Source: Minutocellus sp. GHC0000111 (Eukaryota). Taken from it: DNA of 64,000 nt. Position numbers and translations under genes: made by a program. A model generated the notes under the pieces. The model saw only the letters and a list, made by a program, of their open reading frames with translations. It ran no database searches and was not told the DNA's origin. Each line of letters begins with the position of its first letter. The stretch's first letter is position 1. Shown piece after piece: positions 47,104-59,300 of the stretch. The stretch is from assembly GCA_977018835.1 (NCBI GenBank), contig OZ361259.1, positions 3,348,001 to 3,412,000 of the forward strand, in the 5' to 3' direction.

Positions 47104-49875
47104 ATGCAGGGAGCGGAGGAGGATGCATTGGAGGCCAATGCGGCCGGTGGGAGTATCCCCGAAAGAGACGAAAAAATGTACGCTCATAACAATAACACCG
47201 ACAAAGCTGCACATCCTGCATCCTCGTCCATGTGCGGGCCTAATTATTCCACATCGGCGATGGAGAACGATGGCCATGCCATGGCGTCGAATCCCACTTC
47301 GAGGAAAGCAAAGCGAAATGGTGCCATCGCGGTCAGCTCCTTTGTCGACCAGGCATTCTCGCTCAATTTGCCCGGGCATAATATTCGGCTGGTTTCCGTC
47401 CCCGCTAATAATAACTCCGCTCGTCTTGGTAACTCGACCGACTTGGATGGTGATGACTACGACGAAGAAGGCGGCAATGGCGATGTCAAGGGTCCCTTTC
47501 TGACGTCGTATTATCCCTTGATCCCTCTCCTCCTCTCCCTCTGCTTCCCGGTGCTTGTTCTGTATCAGCACTATTCGCAGTCTTGTAATTTCGACGCGGC
47601 GGCTGCTGCCTCCTCGGCGGGGTCTGCGGCGGACCCAGCCTCGAACGAAGACGATGCGTCCAAAAATCAGTCGTCGTATTCACCCTCGTCGATACTGCAG
47701 AATTTCATTGTTGCGAATCTTCTCCGTCTGCTATTGGCGATTGTGCTGGTCGTTTATGGTCCGACCGTCAAATTTTACGTCGATCGAGGCCTTCGGTGCA
47801 TCGGTCGGACCTCGGCATGGCAAGCCTCGGAAGGGATACTGAGACGAATAGCAGCATATGTTTGGGGACGGTCCGACGACGACCAATATCGATATAGCTC
47901 GACGGACGACGAGTATGCACCGCCGTCGCTATTCTTGGGGAGCAGCGGATACAACAGGGAGAGGACCGCGAGCGGTAGCAGCCTTGGGGGTAGCCATCGT
48001 TCCACCTCCTCGGCAACGGGACACATTCCCGCTCTGAAGGGCTTGGCGGCTCTGACGCTCATTATGCTGGCGGTCCATCCCGACGGATGCCTGTGGTACA
48101 TCCTAGCGACGCTTCGAGATGGCATTTGCTCTGCTGGGGATGGCCTCCTTACGCTCCTCTTCATGATTGGAGATGGCGACGTCCCAAGTCTCGTCGTTAC
48201 GGGAGCATTACTATCCCTCTTTGTTGCGGCAAGAGAAATTCGAAGGGCTTTATTCCCGGCAGAAAAGGTGCCCGAAAGTACCGACGCTCTGGGTAGCAAT
48301 AACTGTTCCGCTGGTAAATCTGGCAAGGGACGGAACAAGAAAGGCAAAAAGGGGAAAGGCCGAGGCTCCGGACGGGGACGGATACGCCACCAACAATCTC
48401 GGACTAGCAATCAAAATCAACAGCATCAACAGCACCGTCAATATCCCAACAACATTCGCCATGAAAATTCTCTTCGGCATCAGTCCTCTCATTCGCTCAA
48501 AAGCAGCGCCAGCAGCCAAATATCCGTATCATCTCTAGAGGAGCAAAAGATACAAGATTTACCTGGACGCAGCCGCTTGGAGTCGTCTGACGTGTCGGAC
48601 GCGGATCCCTCCCCCCCAACAAGTGGTAATTCCGATCCGCCAGCAGCACCTAGTACTCAGGACTTGGAGAGCTCGGGTTGCGTTGAAACCGGCAGTGCTT
48701 TGGAGGGGGGAGTAGTGGCTGCCGATTCTTTGGCTTCTGACCAAAATGTCGTTGAACCCGTCAAAGAATATAATGCCCAAGGCAATCACAAAGTGGCACC
48801 GCAGTCCGAGCTACTGCCCAATCCCTCAACGAAGAAGAAATATGGCAGAAAAAAGGAGGAGGTGAGGCCGAGGCCGATCTCGTCGTCATTACCGGCTCCA
48901 GCGTCTCCTCGAACGTCGAGGCAGGCATCCGCCTCATCTTCCGGTAGCCATCTGGCACCCCCTCAGTTCCAGAGGAGTAAAGGCGGGTGTACACCAGTGC
49001 GGAAAAGCAAAGGGCCCAAAGGTGGAACCAACACTCCAAAGCATTTTTCGGTGGAGAGTCGAAATCGCACTTACGACCAACCAAGAAGTCCAGTTGCAAG
49101 ACGTACGAGATACGGCGGTGATCATTCGGCGAATTCCCGGCCACATGCACATTACAAATCCAAGCAAAAGCAAGGCTCATGTACGACCTCACCTAAAGAT
49201 GGTCGATTGCAAAAAGTTGGCAAGGTGGAGGGAGACCCATGGCAGTCTCGAGCCAGAGGAGCTGCTGCTGCTACTGCTGCTCGTGTAGAAAAGCCGGACT
49301 CTCTCCGTGTTCCGCTGGAAGGGGCCAATAAGACACAGAACGATACCAGAGGAAGAATTAAATGTGATCGTGAGTTGGCCTTGTCTTCTCCAGGACGATC
49401 GAACCAGTCAGTTCTGCGGCCGCCTCCAGGGCTGGCTCCTCTTCTCGACACTGCCCGCTCACCAGCCAAGGATTTGAATTCTCATCAATCAATGGTGTTA
49501 CCTCCTATTGGCCACGATAGCACTCCCATCGGTGGCGATGAGCTATCAGGGCTTGGACCAGACCGAACTGTTCTAGGAATCCCGTCTTTGCAATCGGATC
49601 ATACTGATGGCTTTCTTTCCCGCACTCCACTGCTCGGGACGGACCCCGCGAGAGCCCGATGCCTGAGCGGGGATGACATGAGTGTCTTTAGTGTTGAAAC
49701 TAGCTCGAGTGTCGGAATACCATCTCTTTCTCCGCTGCCACAGTCGACATTTGGTGGTGCAGGTGGGGTCATTGGAGGCTCGCGTTTAGTTGCCCATGTG
49801 GTGGATGACGATGACAGGATCGAGGCCGATCTCCAGAAGCTTGGAGGCCAGATGGTCGGAAGCGTTTTGGATTGA
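47104..49875 (+). CDS. Unknown membrane protein with long disordered C-terminus
   Basis: A 920+ codon ORF with 3-4 TM segments, HPDG.LWY and C-terminal IEADLQKLGGQMVGSVLD. Confidence 0.7.
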   Translation: MQGAEEDALEANAAGGSIPERDEKMYAHNNNTDKAAHPASSSMCGPNYSTSAMENDGHAMASNPTSRKAKRNGAIAVSSFVDQAFSLNLPGHNIRLVSVPANNNSARLGNSTDLDGDDYDEEGGNGDVKGPFLTSYYPLIPLLLSLCFPVLVLYQHYSQSCNFDAAAAASSAGSAADPASNEDDASKNQSSYSPSSILQNFIVANLLRLLLAIVLVVYGPTVKFYVDRGLRCIGRTSAWQASEGILRRIAAYVWGRSDDDQYRYSSTDDEYAPPSLFLGSSGYNRERTASGSSLGGSHRSTSSATGHIPALKGLAALTLIMLAVHPDGCLWYILATLRDGICSAGDGLLTLLFMIGDGDVPSLVVTGALLSLFVAAREIRRALFPAEKVPESTDALGSNNCSAGKSGKGRNKKGKKGKGRGSGRGRIRHQQSRTSNQNQQHQQHRQYPNNIRHENSLRHQSSHSLKSSASSQISVSSLEEQKIQDLPGRSRLESSDVSDADPSPPTSGNSDPPAAPSTQDLESSGCVETGSALEGGVVAADSLASDQNVVEPVKEYNAQGNHKVAPQSELLPNPSTKKKYGRKKEEVRPRPISSSLPAPASPRTSRQASASSSGSHLAPPQFQRSKGGCTPVRKSKGPKGGTNTPKHFSVESRNRTYDQPRSPVARRTRYGGDHSANSRPHAHYKSKQKQGSCTTSPKDGRLQKVGKVEGDPWQSRARGAAAATAARVEKPDSLRVPLEGANKTQNDTRGRIKCDRELALSSPGRSNQSVLRPPPGLAPLLDTARSPAKDLNSHQSMVLPPIGHDSTPIGGDELSGLGPDRTVLGIPSLQSDHTDGFLSRTPLLGTDPARARCLSGDDMSVFSVETSSSVGIPSLSPLPQSTFGGAGGVIGGSRLVAHVVDDDDRIEADLQKLGGQMVGSVLD

Positions 49876-50139
49876 GGCTGGCTTGTTGTTAAAGTAAGCT
49901 TTGTGAGATATTGGCTGGTGTAAGGTAGTACATGGGAGGCTACATCGCATTCCGTGAAATAAAAGGGGGATCCCAAGTGTCCCCACCCCCGCAACAATAA
50001 TCACGCCACACGCCGAGAAGAAGTTCGTCTGAAATAGAATTCGGAATTTCGTGGCAAATACGGTATGGTCGGCCGAGAGGAAAGCCCTCCTCTCTGATTG
50101 GCTGTGGCGCAAGAGCAGAGATAATAAGCGATAAACAAC

Positions 50140-51922
50140 ATGAGGGCAACGCAGAGAAAGAATAGACGCGCCATTGCTCTGGTGGCCTCATCCCTCATCA
50201 TCATCGCCCGTGCCGATCAAGCTGAATCATTTTCGCTACTAGTACAATCAGTTCTCCACCTCAAAGGAGGCGGAAGGCAAGAGAGTCCGTCACAGGTGGT
50301 TTTACCGGACGACTCGGCTGGAAATACGCTTCATGCGGAGGCTACCTTCTCAACATTGGAACCTGCCTACGTACAGCCTTTGCATTCTCAGGGCCAGCTG
50401 ACCTTGCCATATCGATTGTCTCTATCACCCGCGGCTACAATTCCGAGAAAGCAAGCAACGCACCAGAAGCGACTACTTCCATCAGCAGTAAAACAATCCA
50501 AGAAGGCCGTGGATCGCTTCTTGCTTGCCATCTTTGCCACATATTTATGCTCAATGTTTGCTCTCAGTATACCAGCTGTGATGCTGGTTCCAGTTATAGC
50601 AAGTGACCCAACCTCTCATGCACTAGCACTGTCATCAGCACCTGATATGGCGGCATCGGCATCGTTTCTTGCGAAAATGGTGGGCCTGGGTACTTTTGGT
50701 GGGGCCGTCGGGAAATCCGTCAATGGTTTCGTGTGCCAAGCACTAGGCGGGAGGCTAACTAGTCGACTCTATTTCCTTGGTTTGGCAACATCATCACTGC
50801 TCCTTTCGCAATGTCGCCAATCTTTCCATGGAGCAGCGATTTTCATGATTGAATTTTTCTCGTCCGTTTCTTGGACTGCCTGTACACTAATGCTTGCCAG
50901 TGCCTACCAGAACTCTCCAGAGAGATTCACAAAGGGCATGGCAGTTCTATCGCTTGCCAGTACTCTCGGTGCATTGTTTACAAAGGGAGCTGGGATTCTC
51001 ATGCTTCAACACTTCCACTGGCGAAACGTCTGTAAAATTGCGGCAGCTATTGCTCTTTGTGGTGCATGCGTCGTCCATGCGTTTATAAAGGAGCACGATC
51101 TTATGACAGAGTCAGATCGTCTCAGAGCATCCATACGGCAACGAGCAGGTCTAAAGCCAGCAGCCAAACCGAAGCAAGTGGTGGGAATCGTGAATTCCCT
51201 GAGAGATATCCTTTCGTCGCCCATGTTTTGGACGGTTGGAATTGCACACGGGATGGGCTTTCTTGCGCGCAGAAGCGATGCTTTTCTGGGGAGCTTCCTC
51301 GCAGCGGCATGTGATGTCCCAGGTGAGTTCCATCGCATATGCATACATGTAGACGGCAATTTTAGGGAAGAAGAATTTGTTGATAATTTTCATCTCTCAT
51401 ACCTATTCCTTCTTTCATATATTTACAGCGCATCTTTGTGGAGGATTCACCGCGTCCGTGACTCTTGGATTCATTTTTGGGCTCAAATCAAACAAACGCT
51501 TTTACAGCTTAACGCAAGAATCAGAAAAAGAGAAGTTTGTGCAAAGAGGTTACAACATCTCAGCTGCGGCTGCTTTCGGGCTTGCACTGTGTGCAAATTC
51601 TGCGGTATCGACGTTCCTTGGCAGAACACTCACAACTCTGGCAATTATCGGGGCATCTTTCTGCATGTCAAGCGCAATATCATTTCAATTCTACCAACTC
51701 CCTGCCAAATGTGCGACTCTCTTTGCAGACAACAAAGCTGTCTGTACATCATTTCTAGACGGTCTCGCATTTCTCATTGGCGCGCCGATATGGTACTGCC
51801 TTGGTTGGATCATCTCTCAATTTGGATGGTCGGCGGCATGGGCAATCATCGCTGGGTTTTTGGCACTTGGTGGAAAGGTCATGACAAGAGCACTGCCAGA
51901 TGTCCTCGAATTCGAGTCGTAA
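50140..51922 (+). CDS. Major facilitator superfamily transporter; intron 51323-51428
   Basis: GKSVNGFVCQALGGR motif-A-like segment and about 12 TM helices after splicing. Confidence 0.85.
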
Positions 51923-51951
51923 TTCAAAAATAATAAAGAGCTTAATGCGTA

Positions 51952-52931
51952 TCATTCCTCCCCACTGCTACTGTCACTGTCATCAGGCACATGTGCAGCT
52001 CGCTTTAGAACTATACGGTTGGCCGATAGATGTGCGAATTCATCATCTCCATTTTCCTCGTTTGCATTAGTTGGCCGTTTCCCGCCCACAGCCACCGCCA
52101 CTGACTCGTTCGGCTTTGACTTATTCTTGGTATTCTTTCGACGCCGTTTCTTCTTTTTGTCGCCGTCACCGTCGGCCACAGCATCCGGGACGAGATCCAA
52201 AAGGTTCGGATCAATCCAAGAATCCGTTGCTTTCAACAATTCCAGTAAATCCGGCGCCATTTGTTTCATCTCTCGGGTGAAATACCCAAAAACTTCTGCT
52301 GGCTCCTTATCCCTACCGGCCCGACCAGCTCTGTGAACGTATTCACCCAGCGATCCTGGAAAGTCGTAATTAATGACCACACGAACATTATTCGCGTGCA
52401 ATCCTCTCGCAGCTACGTCCGTTGCAAGCAAGGTTGGTATCTTCCCAGCCTTGAATTCCATTACTACCTTTTCTCGCTGGCTCTGTGATATGCCGCTGTG
52501 AAGCAGTGCGCATCTGTGTCCCTCCTTTTCAATCAGCGTTGCAATATATTTGAGCGTTTTTATTTTTGCAAAAAACACTAGGCATAGCCTTTTCGTTCGA
52601 CCCTTACCTTTGCTTTCTTCTTTTCTAATCTTGTCCAACATGCTGATCAACTTCTTTGGCTCTTTGTGAGTTGAACAAACATGCACAACCTGAGTTATAT
52701 TGGTTGGAATCGATGCCAAGTCTAAGGGGGTTGCTTGCCTCTTTCGTTTCTTTTCAGAATTGGACTGGTCATCACTTCCACTCACATCAGGCGCCGATGA
52801 TGGCTTTGCTTGAGTTTTCTTTCCAATCGAAATCTTATCCAAGTGAATTGCAGTGGCTTGTGAACCGACCCACTCCGTAAACTTAGCCTTGACTGCATCA
52901 TCGCGAGGAAGGGTAGCTGAAAAGAGACAGG
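51952..52931 (-). pseudogene. DEAD-box RNA helicase, C-terminal half only
   Basis: LFSATL, LVFF, LHSG.SQ.QRE, ATDVAARGL and YVHRAGRAGR are present. Motifs Q, I and II are absent, and the upstream DNA is an unrelated plus-strand gene. Confidence 0.88.
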
Positions 52932-52957
52932 ATGTATATTCGCTCGATTCAGATGTC

Positions 52958-53915
52958 ATGGCAGGAAAATGAGACTTCAACGAGTACCACCAGAAGTGGA
53001 AGGAACTATGCATCTACGAGCACCATTGTTCGACCCACCAGAAATGCCAGCGGTAGCAAGCGCAAGGGCTCTCAACAACCGGCTCAAGCCGATACTACCA
53101 CGAAGCGTCGTAAAGCCAGATACCAGTCCCAGCATGCCTCTATCCTTAGTACCGACCTGACTACGCCCGTCTTTGGGGTAAAAGCTACACACAACGCAAC
53201 CACCAGCGACTTCATTGTTGAACTTCAGATTGTTGTAGACGGGCCATACTTGAAAGCATCTAAGGAGGACATCATTATCCTTCGGAGGATGGGCCATACC
53301 GATACCCTGGAAAGTGTTCGCGAGCTGGCAATAGAGAAGGGCGAAGCCCGTTCTGCTATTTCATCTGGGGCTAAGTCGGAGTCAGACTATGCAGATGCCG
53401 TTAAGTCAACCGAACTCAAGTGTTTGGGCCCCGTCCCGATGAGGGCGACCAGAGAGTTCTGTACTACTGATTCCATCACTAATTTGATTCATGATGTCGC
53501 TCCCCATGTCTACACCGAACAGCTCGGAAAAGACCTTCGGTTGCTCTGTGACGGCAGTGACGGCAAAATCGATATGAAATCTCTTAGCTTGAAGATCAGA
53601 GCAAGAATGAAGCAGCTCCGCTTCGAACTCCAGAAGATCAAGAAGGTAGAAGGTGGCAAGCATTTCTTAAATGTTTCCCCACTCCTTCGTCAAGAGGCTG
53701 TCATTGATTTGGCGTCCAAGGACAAACTGCTCATCGTCGACTATTTCAGCAAACGTCACTCCAAGGCTCGTGGTCATGTCGTTGGGGTGGCAAATGGAAA
53801 AGTATATGATAACGACGAGGCCACCGGTGGCATCTTTGATCTTCATGCCTACGCTGCACGCGAGTGGGATGGCGTTTACGCGGCCCGCATCATTGTCCCC
53901 CGACCCTGCTACTAA
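52958..53915 (+). CDS. Hypothetical protein with possible papain-like Cys-His-Asp peptidase domain
   Basis: FCTTDSITNL ... GHVVGV ... VYDND; basic NLS-like N-terminus; intronless. Confidence 0.5.
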
Positions 53916-54593
53916 TTTTACCAACCCCCGTCGAATTTCCTGCATTACGTCCTATCTTATCTGTCTTACTGATTACTCATCCGACTTTCCCGCGCAGCCA
54001 ACTTAGAAAATTGGTGGGTGAATTGAGCTTGTAGTTGTCATCTATTCTGTATGTTTGCTTGTGGACGGTATGTCTATGCCTAAGCACACTTTCCTTGTTC
54101 TTTCTTTTATCTTCTTCCCCAATACTAGTAGATGATGGGATGCGGGAAAGAATGACGAGGAAATCGCATTCGGGTTGGACGGAGGGTAAAGGGGTAGATA
54201 CGACACGATACCCAGATGCCAAACGAGACCATCACTGGTTTCATGAGCTCATCACGTTGTCTCTCAGCGGCCTTATCCGCTTTTGCCGTCTCAACTACGT
54301 CACGTGATATTTCGGAAGGTAGAAAACCATGGCCCCACGGCCATGCCGGTTGAGACACCGGAGGCCTCTTGAGGCTTGTTATTACCTGCGCCCTTTTCCC
54401 AAAAGAGGAAAAGCCGAAACCCAAACAACTCTCAGGCGCTGCTCTTGGCAAAAAGTGGTTATGCAGAATGGATTTCGGTTGTAGTAGATAGTGTAGGGAT
54501 CGATGTGATGATGTGAAGACTTGTAGTATCAGAAATAGAATTGGATTTTCAGCGGATTCGCCCGTCCCCACAAGAGTCTACAAGTACTTCTTT

Positions 54594-56231
54594 TCAGCCA
54601 ATGCATTCATATGCCACAAGAAATCGGTCCAGACCATCATTCAATTGCTGTCTTTGTACAACATCTTGCCTCAAACCAACCTCCTCCAACGTTTCCGTCT
54701 GCGGTAGAACATCATCAATATTGTCTTCCTTGCTAAGGGGCACAAAAACAACCATTCACCCCCCAACCTTGAGCAACCGCTTGCCTGCATCTCGATCCGT
54801 CGCAATCATATTCAGCATGTCTTGCAATGGATTCGAGGACAGAGACTCTCGCAATCCGTATGGAGGATCAGCACAAATAACATCGAACGGACCCCCTACA
54901 GCTTCGACTGCCTTGGCACGGACAGTTTCATCGGTAGCATCACCTTCAATTAGAGCTGCAGGAGGAAAAAGCCCCCTCGTTGTAAAGTCGGCAACAATGT
55001 CCCGTCTGTTGACCAACCCATCATGTGCAATTTCAACCCCAACACATTTGACCGTCGGTTCAATCAGAGTTGCCGCCAGTAAAGTGGCACAGGAACCCGA
55101 GTAAGGATCCAGTATGGCTTGCTTCGGACCAACACATGCAATGTTGCACATGGAATATGCTGCAATGGGACACAGCGGCGTGTTGGTGATGCATATCCTG
55201 GTATTTGGATTCATAACTGAGATTTGAGGACCGGACCCCAGGTGACGAGTGAGAGCAATCTCTTTCCCATCTTGACCAAGCCCTTCAAAGAGTACCACAC
55301 TGATATCAGGTGATTTGAGATCCACCTTACCACCGAATTGTGCCAGTAGTGGCTCCAGAGACGACAGGGCATCTTTTTCCCTCTTGACGGACCTGGTAGT
55401 TCGGTCACCAAATCTGGATCCCTTGCGACCACCCTCGTTGCGAAAGTAGCGAAGGCGGAATCGCCACTTCTTTTCAGTACCATCATCGTCATTTATCAAG
55501 TCATGAAATGTCCCACTTGATTTTGCTTTGGAATTCAATTCATCGTATCTTTGCTCCAATGCACCAACCTGATAAATGGAATTGACGAGTGAACATGTCT
55601 CCACGGTCTTTTTGAGATCATCCAATGAAATCACATCAGCGAAGGATGCTGACGCCATTGCATCGTCGTTTTCGGGACATGCAAACTCAAGATACTGCAG
55701 CGAAGAATTGAACAAGTCCACTTCCCGTTCGGACATGGATTTAGCTGCTTCATCTCTGCAAACAAGAGCATTGGTAAAGGTAATGCTGTCGCCGAGCGTG
55801 CTGAGGTCGAGGCCAAATGCTTGTTCGTCTTGACCCTCCAGAACGGCACGGAGAGCACCGGTGAACTCCAACAGACGAAAGTCTTTGCTGTAGTCCTCCA
55901 AGGCCTCACCGCGCCAGTAGATGAGTATCCGTTTGTTTCGTATTGTGCCGTCTCCGCCATCGTCGTTGTTGCCGAGCGTGCGCCCACCCTTTGCAAAAGT
56001 AGCACATGTCGTTGCCCTGGCGTTGGCGCTGGCGGTTTGGTGATCAGTCGGCACGAACGCACGTGCCAAGGAGGCACATTGCAGGAGGACGAGGGCGACG
56101 CAGACAGCAAACCGGCTCCATGCTGCCGAGCTGAACATGGCTCTACGCGCTGGGGGGCATGCCAGCTGACAACTCACTCTACTTTGCCGCCTGCTCGGAG
56201 CAACAGCATGGCACAGACTGTGCCACTTCAA
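54594..56231 (-). pseudogene. TRM11-like tRNA methyltransferase with nonsense codon
   Basis: ILDPYSGS and ICADPPYG.RE. TGA at 54756-54758 (KVGG*MVFVP, likely CGA) is followed by 53 more in-frame codons to 54594. Confidence 0.85.
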
Positions 56232-56305
56232 ATAAAAGCCCAGGTACTGGTACCGTAGATAAAACGTTGTTACCAGTCAGAACTAATACATGCTGTACCT
56301 AGGTA

Positions 56306-59300
56306 CCTTTCGGTTTCAGAGGATTTGTAGAGGGTATACCAATAACCCCTAAAAAAGGTCATTCTTGCACCCATTTCTCATTTCCCACCCCACGTGTTTT
56401 GTTAGTCGATATTCTCTTCGGGAGGAACGCAAATACTCCTCAACTCGTGGATATCTACTGGACCTGCTCATTCAGTAGGTTGCCACCGACCAGTAGTATC
56501 CACTGAATTCGCAGGTCCAGTAGATTCTGGCAGGAACACATATGTTTTTTGGTCCCCCGCACACCCTCACCGCAACCCGCAAATTTTGTGACGATGACGA
56601 CGACCAACCAGACCACGCCCAAAAAATACAAACGCAGCAGAACTTCGTTCTCAGGGAGCAAGAGAGGCAACACCAAGGCATCCAGGAAGGCGGCAAAGGC
56701 GGCAGCTGAGCCGAAAACACCATCGCCGAGCGCAAACACGTCGAAGAAGCGGCCACGGTCAAATTCGCCCCCCCGCCAAACCGTCACCGTCGTCGGCGAA
56801 GAAGAGGACGGTCCCTCCTCCTATCCCCATGGCCTTTCTCCTTGCAGCAGATGTCATTCGAAGGGCTGGTAAGGATCTGTGGTGGAGAGTAACCCCCGAT
56901 TCCTGCGGCAAAGATGACATTTGTGTTGGTTCTCGGCAGAAATGGGAAGACGTCCTCCCTGCTTTCATCGAGGCCGACTTGTTGCGTTCCAAGTCCGTCG
57001 GTGGAGGAAAGTATGAGCTACAGTACAACGAGGAAAAATGGAAGGATATGCAGCAACATCTCAAGGAGCATTGTAGTTTGAAGTTGCACTTGTCGACGTG
57101 TCGGCCGAGAGGGAAGACAAGACGCAGGGCGCTTTATGTTTGTGCTCACAGGTTGCGTAAAAAGAAGGAGGACAACCACCCGAAATTCTCTGGACCGGAG
57201 GGACAGAAGGTGCACGAGAAAAGAAATCCCGATGAAGTTCTGTTCTCTGGGCGCTCGACTGTCTTAGCTACTAAGCTAGGTGAGAGGTTGTCAGCTCACA
57301 GAAAGGAGGTGCAGTCAGCGCATTGCGAAGCAAGAGTAAAATCACTAGTCGACGAGGCCAAGAAACTGGGTTGGATGCCAGCAAGTCTCCTCAGCATACT
57401 GAAGGGAACTGGTGATACTTCCGCCACTGAAGCAGCTGCAGCCTCCCCCAATGATGAAGGTTTAGGAGGAGCCGATACTTCCGTTGTCTGTGCCACCTCC
57501 AGTGACATTGATGAACAGGTAGGTAAAGGTCGCTCTCGGCCTCGACTTTGTTGTTCGGATGGCCAACGATGATCCGTCCTCCTCGTCCCAATGCAACCGT
57601 CACCGAACCAACACCAATCAGAAAAGAAAAGCAGGCGAATGAAAGAATGCGGTTCAGCGCCGTGGCTCTCGCGGATTGGTGGGGATGCGGCGACCCAACT
57701 CGCACGTGTGAAGACCGGCAACAAATTGCAACTGCCGCGTGTCGGCAAGTTGCGTGCGATCACGGTTATGCCAAGTCAACCGGTGGTTCTCAGCTTTACA
57801 AGTGGAGAGACCAGCTCTACAAAAGCCTTACTGATGGCATCAGCAATCCCATCGGCAGAAAGGAGGTTCGTGGAAGGAAGGCATGCACGGACATGATCGA
57901 GGAGAAGGAGCCAGGATGTCTCCGCGAGCTGTGTCGGCATGCTGCTCGGATGAAGGGTGCGATGGCAACCTTTAAGGAGCTAGCTGACTGTATGAGCGCA
58001 AAATCAGCTACTCCAGATGAAGATAGGCTGACAATTAGTCTCCATCGTCTTCAGCTTTTTCGCTGGTGGAAAAAGCAAGGCAGCAAGGAGAAGTCGTCGA
58101 TCGAGAAGCCGAGGCTCACCCCCGAACATTGCAGGAAGCGACTTGATTGGATCGAAAAGTGGGAGGACATTACGACCGATCCCAACATTCCTGTAGCGCA
58201 TCTTGATGAAAAGTAGTTTTACACTGCTACTCGGCGACGAAAGATCAAGATGTTGCCACTTTCTGACGAAGAACTAAGCAGTCCGAACCTCGCGTCCATC
58301 CATGCTTCCGAGGCAAGCCCGAAAATTCGATCCAGAAGACACCCTGTCAGAGTCATGCATCTTGGAGTTGTTGGCCGACCAATGAAGGATGAAACCAAAG
58401 ACGTTGATTTCAATGGGCGCATCATGATCAAGAGAGTCGCCAGGGAGCAGAAGGTGGAAAAGCTTACGCGTAATCAGAATTTCTCTCCAGATGCTTCAAC
58501 GATGCGCTAAAAAATGACAAAGATTGGCGCGACATTTACGACGAGAATGCTGACATGACCGCCGGCCATCTTTGCGACCACATTGCCGAAATCTACGGCC
58601 TTTCTGAGTTTGTTACAGAGCGATTGGAACTTCAATACGAGGACTATAAATCCGACGGTCAGGCAAAAAGTCGCAAGCATGCCGCTGTTGGCTACAATCA
58701 AAAGATCTCGAGTCTCAAGCGACACACTCCTGACAGCAATGGAGAGAAGGTGAAGGTTGAGATCGACGACCTTGAGCTTGGGGTGCGGTGTCAACGGGGC
58801 GATAAGGTTACCAAGGACTGTAGCTGCGACTCCAAATGGATGTTGGAGACTATGAATGAGGTCGGGAAGGCGATTCGAGACGCACATCATTGGGTGAAGT
58901 GGGATCCACAAAACATTCAGGAGTCTGATGTTACATGTCTTATGATGGACAATGCCGGCGGTCATGGGTCCAATGAAGCAGTTGAGAAGTACACCGAGGA
59001 CCTCAAAAACAAATATAAGATTGAGATAATCCAGCAGGTTCCTCGGTCGCCCGAGACAAATGTTCTTGATCTCGGCATCTGGATGTCTTTGCAGTCGGCC
59101 GTCGAAAAGGAGCATCGCGGTCAGAAGAATGATGATGCGAATGCTCTTGACAAGACTGTGATGAAAGTGTGGGCCAATGTCGCATCAAAAGAGGCCTTTC
59201 TCAATGTATTTGGAAAACTTCCAGTGATATATAACAACATCAAGAGAAGTCGTGGCGGTAACAATCTTGTGGAGACCAGACGGGGAAAGGCTGATCTCGC

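Noticed and set aside
53950..54570. Short ORFs on both strands
   Set aside because: No consistent frame or motif; could be degenerate sequence but cannot be supported.
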